A DNA stretch of 64,000 bases from an uncultured virus (IMG/VR IMGVR_UViG_3300009176_000004) (lineage: Duplodnaviria; Heunggongvirae; Uroviricota; Caudoviricetes). The notes beneath the pieces are model-generated. The model was not told where the DNA came from, ran no database searches, and saw nothing but the letters and a program-made list of their open reading frames with translations. The translations under genes and the position numbers were made by a program. Location: the IMG/VR virus record IMGVR_UViG_3300009176_000004. One strand, given 5' to 3'. Shown here piece by piece: positions 56,508 to 64,000 of this stretch (position 1 is its first letter; each line of letters opens with the position of its first letter).

Positions 56508-56749
56508 GCAATGCTCTCGACTGGAACGCTCTGATCTACGGTAGCTATGACAGGAACACCGTGATCATGGCGGTGAATGACTTCGAGTGGCAGAGGCTTA
56601 GGCGGAGCCTGATGGGGACGTCACTTGAGCACAAGCATGCCGCTCTGACGGCCTACGTCGCAGAGCGGCCTGAGCACGTGCGTCACGTGCGCGTCACAAA
56701 CTACATCTACGCGCTAAAGCGAGCAGGCCGGATCCTGAAAGACGCATGA
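56504..56749 (+). CDS. hypothetical protein
   Basis: 'WQRLRRSL.G...RVTNYIYALKRAG'; ATGA overlap. Confidence 0.65.
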   Translation: MSNALDWNALIYGSYDRNTVIMAVNDFEWQRLRRSLMGTSLEHKHAALTAYVAERPEHVRHVRVTNYIYALKRAGRILKDA

Positions 56750-56928
56750 AGGACCTCCTACTCGTCTCCGCCGTTACGCTTGCCGTCCTAACCGCCTACG
56801 ACGTTCTCAGACATGGGCGTCCGCGTTGAGCGCTGTGCGAAGATTTCCTTTCCGGCGTCCATGTCATTCCTCTGCGCAATGCGATAGAATAGAGTAGTGA
56901 CAGTACTTTCAGAGAGGAGAGTGACAGG

Positions 56929-57459
56929 ATGAAGATCGAGATCAATCCTCAGCAGGTGCTCATGCTCGTCGAGCAGTACCTGGACGAGGGCTGGGTGCAG
57001 GGACACCTGCAGGGCGGGGCGCTCGGACAGAGCGAAACGCAGGACCCGCAGGGCGTGTGCATTCTCGGCGCAATTGCGAAGGCCCTGAATACTACGCTCG
57101 AGACCGTGCTTCGGCCGGAGATCGAGCAGCAGCTCGAACTCGTGCCGGAGTTCCAGACGCTGGACGTTCGCACGAAGCGCGAGTTCGTGACGCTCCAGCT
57201 CGGCTCGCTTCGATACAAGCTCCGGCCGATCTTCGAGTCGAAGATCCAGGAAGTGCTGGGCGCGCAGTACGGCGCAATCAGCATTCCGGGCTGGAACGAC
57301 GCACCGCAGCGCCGGAAGGATGAGATCCTGACCGGCATTCGAGCTGCGCTCGAAATCGTCACGACCGAATGTCTCGAGGCATGGGCTCGTGAGGATCACG
57401 TCGTCACGGAGCTGTCGACGGAGCCGATCATGGTTCCAGCGGTGCTCCGCAAGCTGTAA
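56929..57459 (+). CDS. DUF6197-like protein
   Basis: 'GWVQG...CILGA...WND..QR.KDE'; promoter CGTCCA-TGTCAT-17-TAGAAT, GAGGAG RBS. Confidence 0.7.
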   Translation: MKIEINPQQVLMLVEQYLDEGWVQGHLQGGALGQSETQDPQGVCILGAIAKALNTTLETVLRPEIEQQLELVPEFQTLDVRTKREFVTLQLGSLRYKLRPIFESKIQEVLGAQYGAISIPGWNDAPQRRKDEILTGIRAALEIVTTECLEAWAREDHVVTELSTEPIMVPAVLRKL

Positions 57460-57605
57460 GACACTACGCGCGGGAGCTGGGATCATGGCGGTCTCAGCTC
57501 CTTCGCTCTTCCCCGTCGGAGGTGAGCCGTCGCTACGTGCGAGCGCTAAGACTTTCCGGTCAACCGTCATCGCAAATGTAAGACTTTGGTAGGAGGATTT
57601 CACAC

Positions 57606-58283
57606 ATGCGTAGTTTCGCCCTCGCACTCGGCGCCCTGCTCCTCAGCGCGTCGCTCGCAAGCGCCGACACGATCACGTCCTTCGGCAACATCACGCCGAA
57701 CCAGCTCGTCGCTCTCGACAACCTCGACGGCACGACCACGCTGTCTACTTCGTCGAACGTGACGATCACGCAGATCATCGCGGGCAGTCTCGACCCGAAT
57801 GCTCTGTTCACGTTCACGGCGACAAGCGTCGGTGACGCCACGTCCATTCTGGGTGGGACGGTCGTGACGCAGCGGTTCGCGGGCAGCTTCGAACTGACGA
57901 ATCAGGCCGGGACGTTCAACTACCTGTCTGGCACGTTCGGCGCGGCGCTGGAGTTCGGCGGAGGCACAGGCGCGGTGCTAACGGCGAATAGCTCGCCGCA
58001 GAATCCGCCGCTGGTGCTGTTCACGGACCTGCCGCTGGATCTCGTCAACCCGGAGAGCTTCCAGCTCTCGCTGGCGAACGTCCTCGGCGGCATCCACACC
58101 AACACGTACCTCGTGAACGGCGTGTCGCACACGACGCTCGCGGGCTTCACGGCGTCGTACACGGGCGATGCCGATGCAGCGCTCGCAACGCCTGTCCCGG
58201 AGCCGGCATCACTGATGCTGCTCGGAACGGGTCTACTCGGTCTCGCCGGACAGGTGCGCAAGCGCATGCGCCGGAAGGCCTAA
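57606..58283 (+). CDS. PEP-CTERM sorting domain protein
   Basis: signal peptide ending ASA-D; C-terminal 'VPEPASLMLLGTGLLGLAGQVRKRMRRKA'. Confidence 0.93.
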   Translation: MRSFALALGALLLSASLASADTITSFGNITPNQLVALDNLDGTTTLSTSSNVTITQIIAGSLDPNALFTFTATSVGDATSILGGTVVTQRFAGSFELTNQAGTFNYLSGTFGAALEFGGGTGAVLTANSSPQNPPLVLFTDLPLDLVNPESFQLSLANVLGGIHTNTYLVNGVSHTTLAGFTASYTGDADAALATPVPEPASLMLLGTGLLGLAGQVRKRMRRKA

Positions 58284-58598
58284 CGGATCTTGCAACCGGC
58301 GGACGTGCTTCACTTCTTGCCGTTCATCCGGGGGAACGCGGGCGTGTCAGGGCACGTTCCGCCGGCTGCAGGGTGCTACGCTATGACCAAAGAAAACGCG
58401 AAGATTGATTCAGGCCGTCGTGCGTCGCTGGTCGTCCTGATGACCGTTACGGCTCGAACCGTCTGGGCTCGCTCTCTACAGGGCCCAGCGGCGAGCACGT
58501 GCGGCAGTTGCGTACCATCGGGCACGACGCAGACGTTCGGAACCGACGGGCGTCCGCCGGCAGGCAAGCAACCCTCGTCTCTCTACTAGGAGGAATGC

Positions 58599-59315
58599 AT
58601 GAAGAAGACTCTCCAGTTCGCCGCGCTCGCTCTGCTGCTGGCGGCACCTGCACGGGCAGACTCGATCACGTTCTCGCTCAACCAGGCGAACGCCGGCTTG
58701 CCCTTTCCGGGGCCGTATGCCGACGTGACGGTCAATCGGACCAGCACGACGACGGCCACGATCACGTTCGACAGTCTGACGTCCAGCGGGATCGAGTTCC
58801 TCATGGGCGGCAATGGCGCAGTCGGCGTGAATGTCAACGCTGCGACGTTCACTGAGTCCGGCTTCACTGGCGGCATCGACGGTACGGGCTTCTCCACGAA
58901 CTCGGGTGGCCTGTCCTTCGGTGGTGCGGGTGTCGAGGACGGCTTCGGTCTGTTCAACCTGACGGTGAACTCGTTCGACGGCTTCACGCATAGCTGGTCG
59001 GAGATCGGGTTCAGCCTCGTGAACACCAGCGGCACGTGGTCGTCCGCGGCCAACGTGCTCGTCAACAACCTCAACGGCTTCGAGGCCGTCATTCACGGCT
59101 TCGCCTGCACGGACACCGGGGCGACGAACTGCCTCGCTTCAAACGGCGCTCTCTCAACGGGCTTCGCGTCGGGCTTCGGAACGAATCCGCCGCCGCCTCC
59201 CCCGCCCCCTCCACCTCCTCCTCCGCCACCGCCGGAACCGGTGCCTGAGCCAGGAACGATGCTCCTTCTCGGAACAGGCCTCGTCGGCTTGCTTCGGAAG
59301 AAGTTCCGTTCGTAA
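58599..59315 (+). CDS. PEP-CTERM sorting domain protein with poly-Pro linker
   Basis: signal peptide ending ARA-D; about 16 Pro; 'VPEPGTMLLLGTGLVGLLRKKFRS'. Confidence 0.93.
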   Translation: MKKTLQFAALALLLAAPARADSITFSLNQANAGLPFPGPYADVTVNRTSTTTATITFDSLTSSGIEFLMGGNGAVGVNVNAATFTESGFTGGIDGTGFSTNSGGLSFGGAGVEDGFGLFNLTVNSFDGFTHSWSEIGFSLVNTSGTWSSAANVLVNNLNGFEAVIHGFACTDTGATNCLASNGALSTGFASGFGTNPPPPPPPPPPPPPPPPEPVPEPGTMLLLGTGLVGLLRKKFRS

Positions 59316-59421
59316 GACGTCGACTGAGCGACGCTAAAAAGCCGTCAGGCTCAGTGCGCCGTCGGGAGAGATAGGAAGTGGACCGCCTCTCCCGTCGGGT
59401 CGGAATTGGCCGGAGGCCAAC

Positions 59422-59634
59422 ATGACGTACGAGCGCCCGCACCGTCCGGAGAACATCACAGCGCCGATGTCAGATAATGAGACATGGGCAGAGTGCTTGA
59501 ATTGCCGCCGGACATGGAAGGCCGTCGCTCGGCCGGGGATCATACATCTGTACGTCGAGATGTGTGCGAGCTGCAGAGAGATCGCCGTCAAGAAGGCAGA
59601 GGCGTCCGTAGATCCAAACGCGAAGCGATCGTAA
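59422..59634 (+). CDS. small Zn-finger protein
   Basis: CLNC...CASC; GGAGG RBS. Confidence 0.6.
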   Translation: MTYERPHRPENITAPMSDNETWAECLNCRRTWKAVARPGIIHLYVEMCASCREIAVKKAEASVDPNAKRS

Positions 59635-59781
59635 TATAGATCAGGAGAGCGCAGTGCGAGGGAAAAGAGCGAAGAAGTTAAGGCGTCAGGTCCTGAAGGA
59701 CGTCTCGTTTCGTGGCGTCGACTTTACTCGAGCCTACAGGCAGACGAAGAAGGCGTACGTGAAGGACCGACGGACCAACGG

Positions 59782-60279
59782 ATGCTGAAGATCATCTCCG
59801 GCGGCCAGACAGGCGCGGACCGTGCCGCTCTGGAGCTCGCGCGAGAGCACGGCCTGCCGACCGGCGGCTACGCTCCACTCGGGTTCCTAACGGAGCTGGG
59901 CCCCGATCCAAGCCTGGCGGCCTTCGGTCTCACGGAGCTCGGGTCGAAGTCCTATCCCGAGCGCACGTACCTGAACGCTCGTGACGCCGAATTGACCGTG
60001 TGGTACGGCACGCTGGGCTCCGCCGGCTACAAGTGCACCAAGAATGCCTGCCTATCTTATGGGCGTCCGTTCCTCGTGAATCCGGCGCCAGCCGCTCTGC
60101 TGGCGGAACTCCGGGCGCGAAGCGCGAAGACATTGAACGTCGCCGGTAATCGGGCGTCGCGGAACTCCGGCATCGCGGCGCACGTGCGTGAGCTACTGAC
60201 GCCAGTACTCACGTCGTTGAGGAGTGCCCGAGAAAGTGCCCAAGACTTTCAAAGGGCAGAAAGCGAAGACGCCGGTTGA
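59782..60279 (+). CDS. SLOG-superfamily (putative molybdenum carrier-like) protein
   Basis: 'KIISGGQTGADRAAL', 'GGYAP.G', 'Y.ERT.LN', 'LNVAGNR'. Confidence 0.85.
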   Translation: MLKIISGGQTGADRAALELAREHGLPTGGYAPLGFLTELGPDPSLAAFGLTELGSKSYPERTYLNARDAELTVWYGTLGSAGYKCTKNACLSYGRPFLVNPAPAALLAELRARSAKTLNVAGNRASRNSGIAAHVRELLTPVLTSLRSARESAQDFQRAESEDAG

Positions 60280-60350
60280 TCGAGCGTTTCCGCTGCGCTA
60301 TAATGAACAGAATGAAAGCTTCGCACATCGCGGAGCGAGGAGAGAGGCAA

Positions 60351-60710
60351 ATGTCAGGAAACATTCTTGACCAGATCCGGAGCCAGGTCGACGCCCTGAG
60401 CCCGGACCAGGTCCGCGAGCAGCTGGTGAAGCTGCAGGAGAAGAAGGCCAAGCAGCGCGAGCGGCAGAAGGGCAAGGAGCTCACCGCCGAGCAGCTCGAC
60501 AAGCGCAAGGCGTACAACCGCGAGCGCATCCAGAAGCCGGAAGTCAAGGAGAAGATGAAGGCTTACCGGACGAAGCCCGAAGTGAAGGAGCGCATGAAGG
60601 CGTACCGGCTGAAGAGGCAGGCGCGCGACAAGGCGATCCTCGCGAAGGCGAAGGAGCTCGGGATCACGGCGGAGTCGGAAGCGCCCGATCAGCCCTCAGC
60701 GACGGCGTAG
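60351..60710 (+). CDS. Lys/Arg/Glu-rich coiled-coil protein
   Basis: promoter TTGATC-17-TATAAT, GAGG RBS, tandem KPEVKE(K/R)MKAYR, terminator downstream. Confidence 0.75.
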   Translation: MSGNILDQIRSQVDALSPDQVREQLVKLQEKKAKQRERQKGKELTAEQLDKRKAYNRERIQKPEVKEKMKAYRTKPEVKERMKAYRLKRQARDKAILAKAKELGITAESEAPDQPSATA

Positions 60711-60740
60711 AAGCGGCGAAGCGGCGAAGATGCGATGGCG

Positions 60741-60778
60741 GAAGGGAGGGGCTTGCCTACCAGGCCCCTTTCCTTTTT
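60741..60778 (+). terminator. intrinsic terminator
   Basis: AGGGGCTTG-ccta-CCAGGCCCCT then TTCCTTTTTT. Confidence 0.75.
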
Positions 60779-60809
60779 GCTCCGCGCTCTCGGACGGAGG
60801 GATGCACGA

Positions 60810-61502
60810 ATGACGAAGAAAGCGATCGCGCTGCTCTCGGGCGGCCTGGACTCAGCGACGTTGCTCTATCAGCTCAAGTACGAAGACTACGAGCCTGTCG
60901 CCCTGAGCATTGACTACGGGCAGAAGCACCTGGTCGAGCTCGACGCGGCTGTCGGCATTGCAGCTGCCGCAGGCGTCCAGCACATGCTCATCGACCTCTC
61001 GACGGGCCTTCTGCCCGTCTTCCAATACGCCCGCTCTTCGCAGGTCAACGAGCTCGTGGACGTGCCTCACGGCCACTATGCCGATGAGAGCATGAAGCTC
61101 ACGGTCGTCCCGAACCGGAACATGCTCCTGCTCGCCGTCGCCGGAGCCCTAGCAGAGTCTCTACGTCAGCAGAAGCAGGAGATCTGGACCATCGGCTATG
61201 CTGCGCACGCGGGCGATCATCCGATCTACCCGGACTGCCGTCCCGAGTTCTACCTCTCCTGCCAGGCGACGCTGGAGAAGGCGACCGACGGGCACGTCAC
61301 GCTGTATGCACCATTCGGAAAGATCAGCAAGACTGACATCGTGCGCCGCGCAATGCAATTGCACGTCCCCGTCGAACTGACATACAGCTGTTACGAGGGC
61401 GGCGAGGAGCATTGCGGCCTGTGCGGCACCTGCACAGAGCGCATAGAAGCCTTCCGCGATGCAGGCGTGCCGGACCCGACGACGTACAAGGTCGCAGTCT
61501 GA
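60810..61502 (+). CDS. queC: 7-cyano-7-deazaguanine synthase QueC
   Basis: 'LSGGLDS', 'DYGQKH', 'VPNRN', 'YPDCRPEF', 'TYSCY...HCGLCGTC.ER'. Confidence 0.96.
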   Translation: MTKKAIALLSGGLDSATLLYQLKYEDYEPVALSIDYGQKHLVELDAAVGIAAAAGVQHMLIDLSTGLLPVFQYARSSQVNELVDVPHGHYADESMKLTVVPNRNMLLLAVAGALAESLRQQKQEIWTIGYAAHAGDHPIYPDCRPEFYLSCQATLEKATDGHVTLYAPFGKISKTDIVRRAMQLHVPVELTYSCYEGGEEHCGLCGTCTERIEAFRDAGVPDPTTYKVAV

Positions 61503-61609
61503 TGGAAGAACAGATCCTGAACGTCTTCACCGTAAGCGCCTTCGTCATCGGCATACTCGTTGGCGTCATGATCACAGCACTCGTGCTCGACCGCCGGATC
61601 GGCAAATGA
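61502..61609 (+). CDS. small single-TM peptide
   Basis: MEEQILNVFTVSAFVIGILVGVMITALVL; TGATG coupling. Confidence 0.5.
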   Translation: MEEQILNVFTVSAFVIGILVGVMITALVLDRRIGK

Positions 61610-61833
61610 CCAAGCGAAGCGTCTACTACACGGACGGCGGCACGAACCGACGCGAGCGGCTCGAGTACTATGACGTGCACGAGGTGGAAGAGCGGCTCGC
61701 CGCCGTCGAGCAAGCTCTGCTCGCGTCCCGCCACTTCGCACGTACTATGAAGAGCCTCACGTCCTCTGAAGCGACGGAGCGCGAGGCCGATCAGATCATC
61801 GAACTCTGTACCGACGCACTCGGGACGACATGA
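61606..61833 (+). CDS. hypothetical protein
   Basis: MTKRSVYY...; ATGA overlaps. Confidence 0.5.
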   Translation: MTKRSVYYTDGGTNRRERLEYYDVHEVEERLAAVEQALLASRHFARTMKSLTSSEATEREADQIIELCTDALGTT

Positions 61834-62336
61834 ATATCCTGCATACGCCCCATCATGAGGTCTTCGCCCAGCTCACTGGCGTAACGTCCTACCTGGAGAT
61901 CGGCGTGCAGGAGGGGCAGTCTCTTGCCGCCGTCGTCAGAGCGAATCCTGGTCTCCAGCGCGTCACGCTCTGTGACGACTGGGGCAGTTCTCATGGCGGC
62001 ACCGGCCGCGGTGACAACGGGCACATCGAAATACTCCTACGGCATCTCGGGTTCGTAGGAAAGGTCCGCTATCTAACTGGCCGCAGCCAGGAGCTCGTGC
62101 CGTCACTCAACGACGCCTTTGACCTTGTCCACGTCGACGGAGATCATTCGACCGAAGGCGCTCGCTCTGACTTAGAGAACATACTCCGCGTCAGCACTCA
62201 CTGGATCGTCGTCCACGACATCTTCTTCCCTGAGGTCTGGGCGGCTGTCGGCCCATGGCTCCAGCAGCATCGGGCGGAGTTTAAGGAAGCGTCAATCAGC
62301 GCCTTTGATCATGGCACTCTCGTCGTCGACTGGTAA
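61830..62336 (+). CDS. class I SAM-dependent methyltransferase (Methyltransf_24-like)
   Basis: 'YLEIGVQEGQS', 'GRSQE', 'DLVHVDGDH', 'IVVHD'. Confidence 0.88.
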   Translation: MNILHTPHHEVFAQLTGVTSYLEIGVQEGQSLAAVVRANPGLQRVTLCDDWGSSHGGTGRGDNGHIEILLRHLGFVGKVRYLTGRSQELVPSLNDAFDLVHVDGDHSTEGARSDLENILRVSTHWIVVHDIFFPEVWAAVGPWLQQHRAEFKEASISAFDHGTLVVDW

Positions 62337-62339
62337 GTA

Positions 62340-62374
62340 CGTCCATTGTAATGCAGCTCAAGCTGTGATAGAAT
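62340..62374 (+). promoter_or_regulatory. promoter
   Basis: CGTCCA-TTGTAA-17-TAGAAT with TG extension. Confidence 0.75.
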
Positions 62375-62420
62375 AGATCTAATCACGCGCACACCGCGCG
62401 GATCCCGGAGGGACGCTACA

Positions 62421-62648
62421 ATGGCAGCGAGAAGCCGTAGAAATCAGAGACCAGTCAAGGGTGGGCGCGAGCGGGCGTATGCCGGCGTGCTCAAGGACGT
62501 GTATCGGCACGTCGAACAGGATGCGAGGCGCTTCAACGTCTCGCGCTCGTTCGTCATCGCCGTTGCCCTGGCGGAGCACTACAACGTCAAGGTAGAGTCT
62601 TACATGGAGCCCGTGCGTCGGAAGTCGCACCTGCGGAGAGTGATATGA
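62421..62648 (+). CDS. ribbon-helix-helix-like DNA-binding protein
   Basis: 'VEQDARRFNVSRSFVIAVAL'; GGAGG RBS. Confidence 0.65.
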   Translation: MAARSRRNQRPVKGGRERAYAGVLKDVYRHVEQDARRFNVSRSFVIAVALAEHYNVKVESYMEPVRRKSHLRRVI

Positions 62649-62809
62649 AGCGTTGCACACGATGTAAGACATGGCGCCGTCGCCTCTCGCGCGACGGATA
62701 TTGCTTTGGACCTGCGGCCGACATCTGCAAGAGGCGAGCCGCAGAGCGGCAACCGGGCTCGAGCTGGAGCAAGGAGATCGAGAAGCGTAGGCAGGCGCGC
62801 CACGCGTGA
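62645..62809 (+). CDS. small Cys-rich basic protein (54 aa, below ORF-track cutoff)
   Basis: MKRCTRCKTW...C...C; GGAG RBS; overlaps both neighbours. Confidence 0.5.
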   Translation: MKRCTRCKTWRRRLSRDGYCFGPAADICKRRAAERQPGSSWSKEIEKRRQARHA

Positions 62810-63582
62810 GTCCGGACGCCCCGCTCCGCATTACGTGGTGGGAGCATGATCAGTTGGTCGAGCACCTCGAAGAGCGAGACGACATCTGGATGTCAGGCGA
62901 CGACTTGCCGGGCCTCTGGCTTCGCTTCGACCGCTCCCGCTCGCACCTGGTCGAAGACGAACCGAAGGACGCCCTGATGATGCAGCTCGTCCCGCCGCCA
63001 GACGACGTGCATCCTTACCGTCAATACCAGATCCAGCTCCATCCGCAGGTCTGGGAGCATGACTTCTGCCAGGAGTACGTGCTCCGGCTGCTTCGCGGCT
63101 TCACGGCCTACGGGCGCCGCGAGCGCATCGTCGGCCTGTTGACGTCGCTCGGAATCCCTGACCCGGAGCTCATCGCAATCGCGATAGAGGGCTTCGACTG
63201 GCTGGAGGCGTCTCCTGCGACAGATGCAGAGGCGACTGTCCCGGAAGCACAGATGCAGATCTTCGCACAGGAGATAGAGCCCCGTCAGCTGATCGAGCTC
63301 CCGATCTCCGACCCGATGGATCTCGGAACGTACCTACTGCAAGGAAATGTCGGTTGGCTTCGGCTGCGCCTGGCCGGCGGACAGATCAGATGCAGCGCAT
63401 CCGTACGCGGAAGGAATGAAGCCGGTTGGACCACGCTCCTCGAAGGGTACGTGCGTCCGCCGAACGGACGCGTGCGCGACGCAGCCGCCACACTTGCCGG
63501 TTGGAGTGGGGTCGTAGACGCCGTCCAGAGCTTCTCTTCGCAGGAGCAGTTAGAATTGAAAGATCCAGAGGAGGCACCGTGA
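62806..63582 (+). CDS. hypothetical protein
   Basis: 258 aa ORF in operon. Confidence 0.7.
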   Translation: MSPDAPLRITWWEHDQLVEHLEERDDIWMSGDDLPGLWLRFDRSRSHLVEDEPKDALMMQLVPPPDDVHPYRQYQIQLHPQVWEHDFCQEYVLRLLRGFTAYGRRERIVGLLTSLGIPDPELIAIAIEGFDWLEASPATDAEATVPEAQMQIFAQEIEPRQLIELPISDPMDLGTYLLQGNVGWLRLRLAGGQIRCSASVRGRNEAGWTTLLEGYVRPPNGRVRDAAATLAGWSGVVDAVQSFSSQEQLELKDPEEAP

Positions 63583-63815
63583 AGAAGGTCATCGTCATCA
63601 AGAGGAAGCAGGACCACTACAGTAAGCAGGCCCGCTCGAACAAGTTCTACGTCGGCTCTCCGAAGGCGCTGAACGGCTGGGGACACACGACGCTCGAGGC
63701 AGCGGTCAAGCATGCCGAGGCGCTCGTTGCCGAGGATGAGAACGCCCACTTCGTCGTGCAGATCGTCCGCATCGTCAGACCGCGGCCGATCGAGACGACC
63801 GTCGAGATCGTATGA
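63579..63815 (+). CDS. hypothetical protein
   Basis: GGAGG RBS, GTG start. Confidence 0.65.
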   Translation: MKKVIVIKRKQDHYSKQARSNKFYVGSPKALNGWGHTTLEAAVKHAEALVAEDENAHFVVQIVRIVRPRPIETTVEIV

Positions 63816-64000
63816 AGGTCAAGTACGTCTGGGGACCGCTCACGCACCAGGCTATGAAGCATCATGGTCTGGAGCCACCCTCGCAGGACGAGCGCACCGG
63901 AGAGCCTGACGACTACGTCGTCGTCGGAGTCCGCGTCGGTGGCCTGGAGCCCGCCCTCGTCATCAGCTGCGAGGTCCCGCGCCTCTGGCTCAAGGAGCAC
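63812..64000 (+). CDS. hypothetical protein, 3'-truncated by window edge
   Basis: ATGA overlap; open to the end of the window (MKVKYVWGPL...). Confidence 0.5.
   Translation, partial: MKVKYVWGPLTHQAMKHHGLEPPSQDERTGEPDDYVVVGVRVGGLEPALVISCEVPRLWLKEH

Noticed and set aside
58437..58465. Hammerhead ribozyme core CTGATGA
   Set aside because: The following GAAA and a properly closed stem II are missing
1..64000. tRNA genes or alternative genetic code
   Set aside because: No cloverleaf with T-loop consensus found in intergenic gaps by eye; genes are intact under code 11 and all three stop codons are used

Overview
The window is most of a GC-rich tailed dsDNA phage genome, probably a siphovirus. 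I see no integrase, rRNA, tRNA or CRISPR array. It has four arms. (1) 1-9439 (+): replication and DNA modification, with an AAA/Sak4-like protein, an SSB-like protein, a DUF5664-like dNTP diphosphohydrolase, queD, queE, folE, a family-4 UDG fused to PolA, a divergent TGT/DpdA-like TIM barrel and a DUF3987-like ATPase. (2) 9561-43860 (-): one long morphogenesis operon running terS, terL, portal, protease/scaffold, capsid, head-tail, tail, tape measure, tail fibres and a possible atypical lysis block. A double GT-B glycosyltransferase and a GIY-YIG gene are inserted in the head-tail module. (3) 44323-51708 (-) and (4) 52713-64000 (+): two divergent arms of small early genes, including a topoisomerase IB, a degenerate LAGLIDADG-like protein, two PEP-CTERM surface proteins, a SLOG protein, queC and a SAM methyltransferase. 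The most interesting signals are these. (a) A 7-deazaguanine (preQ0) pathway is physically coupled to a dNTP-pool hydrolase and the polymerase, which suggests possible pre-replicative G replacement. (b) About 14 sigma70-like promoters carry a CGTCCG-like box abutting the -35 position, and four of them appear to drive leaderless mRNAs. (c) The phage carries PEP-CTERM genes, a signal-peptide tail protein and a virion-module glycosyltransferase. All family assignments come from motif recognition by eye, not database searches.
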